Source of the DNA: an uncultured delta proteobacterium
GTDB lineage: Bacteria; Desulfobacterota; BSN033; UBA1163
Direction: 5' to 3'
Assembly: GCA_963708295.1 (NCBI GenBank)
Contig: CAVPSJ010000008.1
Location: 192,001 to 256,000, forward strand
DNA: 64,000 nucleotides
Part shown: positions 59,687 through 64,000 of the stretch, piece after piece
Layout of the letters: every line of letters begins with the position of its first letter
Numbering within the stretch: the stretch's first letter is position 1
Program-made: the position numbers and the translations under genes
The notes under the pieces: model-generated
The model's input: the letters and a program-made list of their open reading frames with translations, nothing else
Databases searched by the model: none
What the model was told of the DNA's origin: nothing

Positions 59687-59767
59687 AAAAAGGTTGAGAT
59701 TAAGGTTTAGGTTTAGAACTTCTCAACCTCAGTCTTAATCTGGACCTGTGATTTTTTTGGAGGAATC

Positions 59768-61442
59768 ATGGCATACACAAGGGAATTGAAAGAATTGATC
59801 AAGAAAGTTGAGGCGACACGATCTTCACGGGTCGAAAAGAAGAAGAGAGGAGAGGAGTTTCATCTTCTTTCTTTGAAAGAGAGGCAGGAGCGACTGGAGA
59901 AATACCATCCCGATTTCAAGGCGGGATCCAAGAGGGAGATCCGGGTGGGTCCCAGTAAGGGCTACGCCATCTCTCCTGAGATCGTGGATCTTCTGGAGGC
60001 CAGAAGCAGGCTGAACCCCGATTTGATCGATCTAAGTAAAATTGCCTACGAGACGGATGTCCTCGTCATTGGTGGGGGAGGAGCGGGGACGGCGGCTGCG
60101 CTGATGGCCCAGGAGAATGGCGTGCGGGTGACGATTGCAACCAAGCTCAGGCATGGCGATGCAAATACGATGATGGCCGAGGGAGGAATTCAGGCAGCCT
60201 ACCAAAGGGGAGAAAGATTCTCCCTACTATCACTATCTCGATGTCTTCGGCGGAGGCCATTTCAAGAATGTTCCGGAGCTGGCCTACACCCTTGTGACCG
60301 AGGCCCCGAAGGTCCATGCCTGGCTGGAAAACCTGGGCTGCATGTTTACAAAATTTCCGGATGGTCGTTTAAGAGCGCTTCATGGGGGAGGCACCTGCCG
60401 GAAACGGATGCACTATGCGGCGGACATTACGGGTGCAGAAATCATGCGAACCCTGAGGGATGAAGCCAGGAACCGGGTTCAGGACATCAAGGTCCTTGAA
60501 TTTTCTCCAGCGGTGGAGCTGATTTTGAACGAGCACGGCCACTGCGCCGGTGCTGTCCTTTATAACATCGAGACGGAAGAGTATTTTCTGGTCAAGGCAA
60601 AGGCGGTGGTGATGGCGACGGGTGGTTCGGGAAGACTCCACATTCAGGGATTCATGACGACCAATCATTATGGCGCCACGGGAGACGGTCTCGTGATGGG
60701 GTACCGGGCAGGGGTGAAGGTCTGTTTTCTCCACACGGTTCAGTACCATCCCACAGGAGTTGCCTTTCCCGAGCAAGCGGAAGGTATTCTGATCACCGAG
60801 AAGTTCAGGGGAGCAGGCGCCAATGTGTTGAATATCGACGGGGAACAGTTCGTCAATGAGCGGGAACCGAGAGATGTGGAATCTTCCTGCTTTATCCGGG
60901 AATGCGCAGAGGTTGGGAAGGGAATTCCAACGCCCGCCGGAAAAATGGGAATATGGTTGGATTCTCCGATGATCGACATGCTGATGGGTGAAGGGGCCGT
61001 GAAGCGTGAGTTCCCGGGAAAATTCATTCTTCTGAAGCGTTTTGGAATCGACATCTCCAAAGAACCCATGCTGGTCTACCCGACTCTCCACTACCAGAAT
61101 GGTGGGTTGGAATACAATAACAAGTGCGAGACCTCTATCCCAGGGCTTTTCTCGTCAGGGGAAGTTTCGGGCGGAGTCCATGGCGAAAACCGGCTAATGG
61201 GAAACTCCCTTCTGGATGTCTGCGTCTTTGGAAGAATCGGAGGAATCAGTGCTGCCCTCTATGTCAAGGAGAAGGCAAAAGACGGAAAATTAACGCTGGA
61301 ACACGTTCGGAACTATCACAAGGAGTTGGAGGCGGGTGGGATCGTCACGGACCGGGTTGCTCCCATGCTTCTTCCCGATTATTCCAATCCTAAAGTTCGG
61401 GAGCGCCAGCTGACCGCCCACTATATCGGCACGATCCGTTAA
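59768..61442 (+). CDS. Soluble fumarate reductase / SdhA-family flavoprotein; frameshift near 60200
   Basis: Motifs GGGGAG, NTMMAEGG, ATGG.G, QYHPTG, TE.FRG.G, PRDV, HYQNGG and HGENRLMGNSL. Confidence 0.85.
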
Positions 61443-61446
61443 GGTT

Positions 61447-61653
61447 TAACAGGCTATTGGAAAATGCCCATCCGTCCCGCGCTTCGAGGATTATCTGGTC
61501 CCCTTCGGGGACGCGGCAAGATGTCGCTCCCTTATTCGTCGCGACGCCCCTCTCAGGATTGCCTGCCTGACCGGCAGGTGAAAGGCTCACGGGGGCCTTG
61601 CACCTAGGCATTTTTGAGCAGCCTGAGAAAGAAAACTTTTTAACAACCTGTTA
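61447..61653. mobile_element. MITE-like element, copy 3
   Basis: TAACAGGCTATTGGAAAA ... GCATTTTTGAGCAGCCTG ... TTTTTAACAACCTGTTA; shares GGTCCCCTTCGGGGAC and CCTTATTCGTCG with copy 1. Confidence 0.7.
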
Positions 61654-61805
61654 TTTGTTTCATTATCTACAGCGTTTGCAAACGCAGGCTTCGGCCTGCG
61701 TTTTTTTTAGTCCCCGTACCGTGTGCCCCTCATTTTTCTCAAAAGGGGGCCTGGTATTTGAAGAAATGATACTGCCGATCTGGATCCCAAAAGGGCCCCT
61801 GTCTC

Positions 61806-61834
61806 TTGACACACGGGAATGACAGCCTTATTCT
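61806..61834 (+). promoter_or_regulatory. sigma70 promoter, probably giving a leaderless mRNA
   Basis: TTGACA-17bp-TATTCT, with the ATG 7 nt downstream and no SD. Confidence 0.65.
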
Positions 61835-61840
61835 TTTGTT

Positions 61841-62518
61841 ATGAGAATCCTGCTGGTAGAAGATGACGTCAAGATTGCCTCCTTCGTCATCAAAGGGCTG
61901 AAGGCCGCGGGATACGCGGTGGATCATGCCCTCGACGGCGAAGACGGTCTCTCCCTCGTCACGACCGAACCCTATGACGCCGCCGTCGTGGATATCATGC
62001 TCCCCAAACTGGATGGATTATCCCTTATCGAAAGGATGCGAAAAGCGAAGATCCAGACGCCGGTCATCATCCTGAGTGCGAAGGGATCGATTGACGATAG
62101 AGTGAAAGGACTTCAGACCGGAAGCGATGATTATATCACCAAGCCCTTCGCTTTCTCCGAGCTTCTTGCCCGGGTCCAAGCCTTGATTCGAAGAACCAGC
62201 GGTCTCTCCGAGCCGACCCGACTCACCGTAGGGGATCTGTCCGTCAACCTCCTCACGAGGGAAGTAACAAGAAGAGGCAGGAAGATCGATCTTCAACCCA
62301 TTGAGTTTTCCCTGTTGGAATACCTCATGCGAAGCGCAGGACGGGTCGTCTCAAAAACCATGATCATGGAACACGTATGGAACTACAATTTTGATCCACA
62401 GACCAACGTCGTCGAAGCCAGGATTTGCAGGCTCCGGGACAAGATCGACCGAGATATCGACAAGAAACTGATCCATACCATCCGCGGAGTGGGATATGTC
62501 CTTAAAGAAGCGGATTAG
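61841..62518 (+). CDS. OmpR-family response regulator (CusR/CzcR-like)
   Basis: Motifs MRILLVEDD, DIMLP, DDYITKPF, WNYNFDPQTNVVE and HTIRGVGY. Confidence 0.93.
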   Translation: MRILLVEDDVKIASFVIKGLKAAGYAVDHALDGEDGLSLVTTEPYDAAVVDIMLPKLDGLSLIERMRKAKIQTPVIILSAKGSIDDRVKGLQTGSDDYITKPFAFSELLARVQALIRRTSGLSEPTRLTVGDLSVNLLTREVTRRGRKIDLQPIEFSLLEYLMRSAGRVVSKTMIMEHVWNYNFDPQTNVVEARICRLRDKIDRDIDKKLIHTIRGVGYVLKEAD

Positions 62519-63914
62519 CCTTCGGAACACCCTGTCCTTTCGGTTGACCCTCTGGTACGCCGGAGTTTTCGCCCTTTCCTCGTGCGTCGCCTTCCTCTTG
62601 TTCTACGCGCTCATCACTTCGTTCATACGGGAGCAGACCGATCAGGACCTCTTGGCCCAAGTCAATCGGTTTTCCACACTCCTTGCTTCGGAAGAGATCG
62701 AAGCGGTGAAAAGTGCTGCCGTGATCGAAGCACAGGCCGCAGGAGTGAAAAAGGTGTTCTTCCGACTTCTTTCTCTGAACGGACAGGTCTTTTCTTCATC
62801 CAACATGGCTTACTGGAAGAATATTGATATTCATGAAGCCACCATTAAGGAGTTGCTTCGTAGCCGCCGTCCTGTGTTCGAGACGATCACCATTCCGCAG
62901 CGGAAAGAGAAAGTACGCATTCTTTATGCCGTGCTCGGTCCCAGCATTGTTTTGCAGGTAGGGCAGGCCATGGAGAGCTATTCCCGATTTCTTGACGCCT
63001 TTAAGGGAATATTTATTACCACGATGACCTTCTTGATCGTCGTGGCTGCGGGCGTCGGCTGGTTCATGGCCCGTCAGGCGGTTTCTGATGTCGAGGCGGT
63101 GACCCGGACAGCCCAAAAGATATCCGGAGGCACCCTTGAAGAACGGGTTCCTGTGAAAGCAAGAGGCGACGAAATCGATCAACTTGCCATCACCTTTAAT
63201 CAGATGTTGGACCGGATTCAGGTCTTGCTTACGGAGATCAAGGAGATGGGCGACAACATGGCTCATGATTTGAGAAGCCCGATTACCCGGATTCGGGGAA
63301 TCGCGGAAGTCACCCTTACGACGGGAAAATCCCTGGCGGAGTACGAGGCGATGGCAGCCAATACCATTGAAGAATGTGACCGGCTTCTGGATATGATTAA
63401 TACGATGCTGATGATTTCCAAAGCGGAGACCGGTGTGGGGCACCTGACCAGAGAGGAGATCGATCTTCCAGGAGTTATCCAGGAGGCATGCAGACTGTTT
63501 GAACCCACGGCTGAAGATAAGGAGATCACATTGAGTTGTGATGTGACGGAGGGGAATCGGTTTATCGGAGATAGCCGGATGATCCAGCGGATGCTCTCGA
63601 ATCTTCTTGACAATGCCATCAAGTACTCCTTGCCAGGAGGGTCGGTGGCCATCTCGATTGCAAAGAGTGACGCACAGGTCGCTGTTTCGATCAGAGATAC
63701 GGGAATCGGCATCTCTTCCAAAGATCTTCCGCACATTTTTGAACGATTTTACCGATGCGATCAGAGCCGGTCCCAGACCGGTATCGGGCTGGGGCTCAGT
63801 CTGGCCAGGGCCATAGCCAGGGCGCATGGCGGGGATATTACCGCGACAAGCGCCCCGAATGAAGGAAGCACCTTTACCATCATCCTACCGAAATTCCCGC
63901 CTTCCCATTCCTAG
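62496..63914 (+). CDS. Sensor histidine kinase (CusS-like)
   Basis: Two TM segments, HAMP, AHDLRSP, NLLDNAIKY and GLGLS. Confidence 0.93.
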   Translation: MSLKKRISLRNTLSFRLTLWYAGVFALSSCVAFLLFYALITSFIREQTDQDLLAQVNRFSTLLASEEIEAVKSAAVIEAQAAGVKKVFFRLLSLNGQVFSSSNMAYWKNIDIHEATIKELLRSRRPVFETITIPQRKEKVRILYAVLGPSIVLQVGQAMESYSRFLDAFKGIFITTMTFLIVVAAGVGWFMARQAVSDVEAVTRTAQKISGGTLEERVPVKARGDEIDQLAITFNQMLDRIQVLLTEIKEMGDNMAHDLRSPITRIRGIAEVTLTTGKSLAEYEAMAANTIEECDRLLDMINTMLMISKAETGVGHLTREEIDLPGVIQEACRLFEPTAEDKEITLSCDVTEGNRFIGDSRMIQRMLSNLLDNAIKYSLPGGSVAISIAKSDAQVAVSIRDTGIGISSKDLPHIFERFYRCDQSRSQTGIGLGLSLARAIARAHGGDITATSAPNEGSTFTIILPKFPPSHS

Positions 63915-63972
63915 ATCGTGTGCTCGTCCCAGTAGCTCGAGTATGGAACCTTTTCGAAAGACGTTTTCCAAC

Positions 63973-63988
63973 ATTACGGACTTGTAAT
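63973..63988. promoter_or_regulatory. Cop/Cus-box-like palindrome for a gene beyond the window
   Basis: ATTAC-GGACTT-GTAAT directly downstream of the two-component pair. Confidence 0.55.
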
Positions 63989-64000
63989 CTTCCGGTCATC

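Overview
64 kb of chromosomal DNA from an anaerobic, diderm bacterium. Gene content (Hdr/MvhD, Re-citrate synthase, sigma54 regulators, Pal) suggests Desulfobacterota/Deltaproteobacteria; this is inference. In order: hisC-hutI-ftcD-cyclodeaminase; a protease-TPR gene; HU; tRNA-Gly; pepP; serC-like/serA/purA (many frameshifts, probably sequencing errors); tRNA-Lys and tRNA-Glu; pal; tctC; DedA/GGDEF genes; a 12-kb locus with two sigma54 two-component systems, a degenerate TatC, two small Pro/Ala-rich exported proteins, and a KamA-type radical SAM enzyme with two Ddl-like ATP-grasp ligases; rlmI; a decayed toxin-antitoxin island; aspS; a Re-citrate synthase-Cache fusion; an acyl-CoA ligase; a 21-kb carboxyltransferase-lacI-mdh-fum-menA-hdrCBAA'CBA-mvhD-frhB-like-frdB/frdA-like cluster; and an OmpR/HK pair. 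Best novelty candidates: (1) a ~175-nt structured RNA motif in two diverged, covarying copies; (2) the KamA/ATP-grasp/lipoprotein/TatC-like locus; (3) a soluble fumarate reductase with predicted non-covalent FAD inside an Hdr-MvhD cluster with complementary asymmetric HdrA pairs; (4) short-period tandem-repeat hairpins in most intergenic spacers of that cluster. All calls are by eye; no database searches were run.
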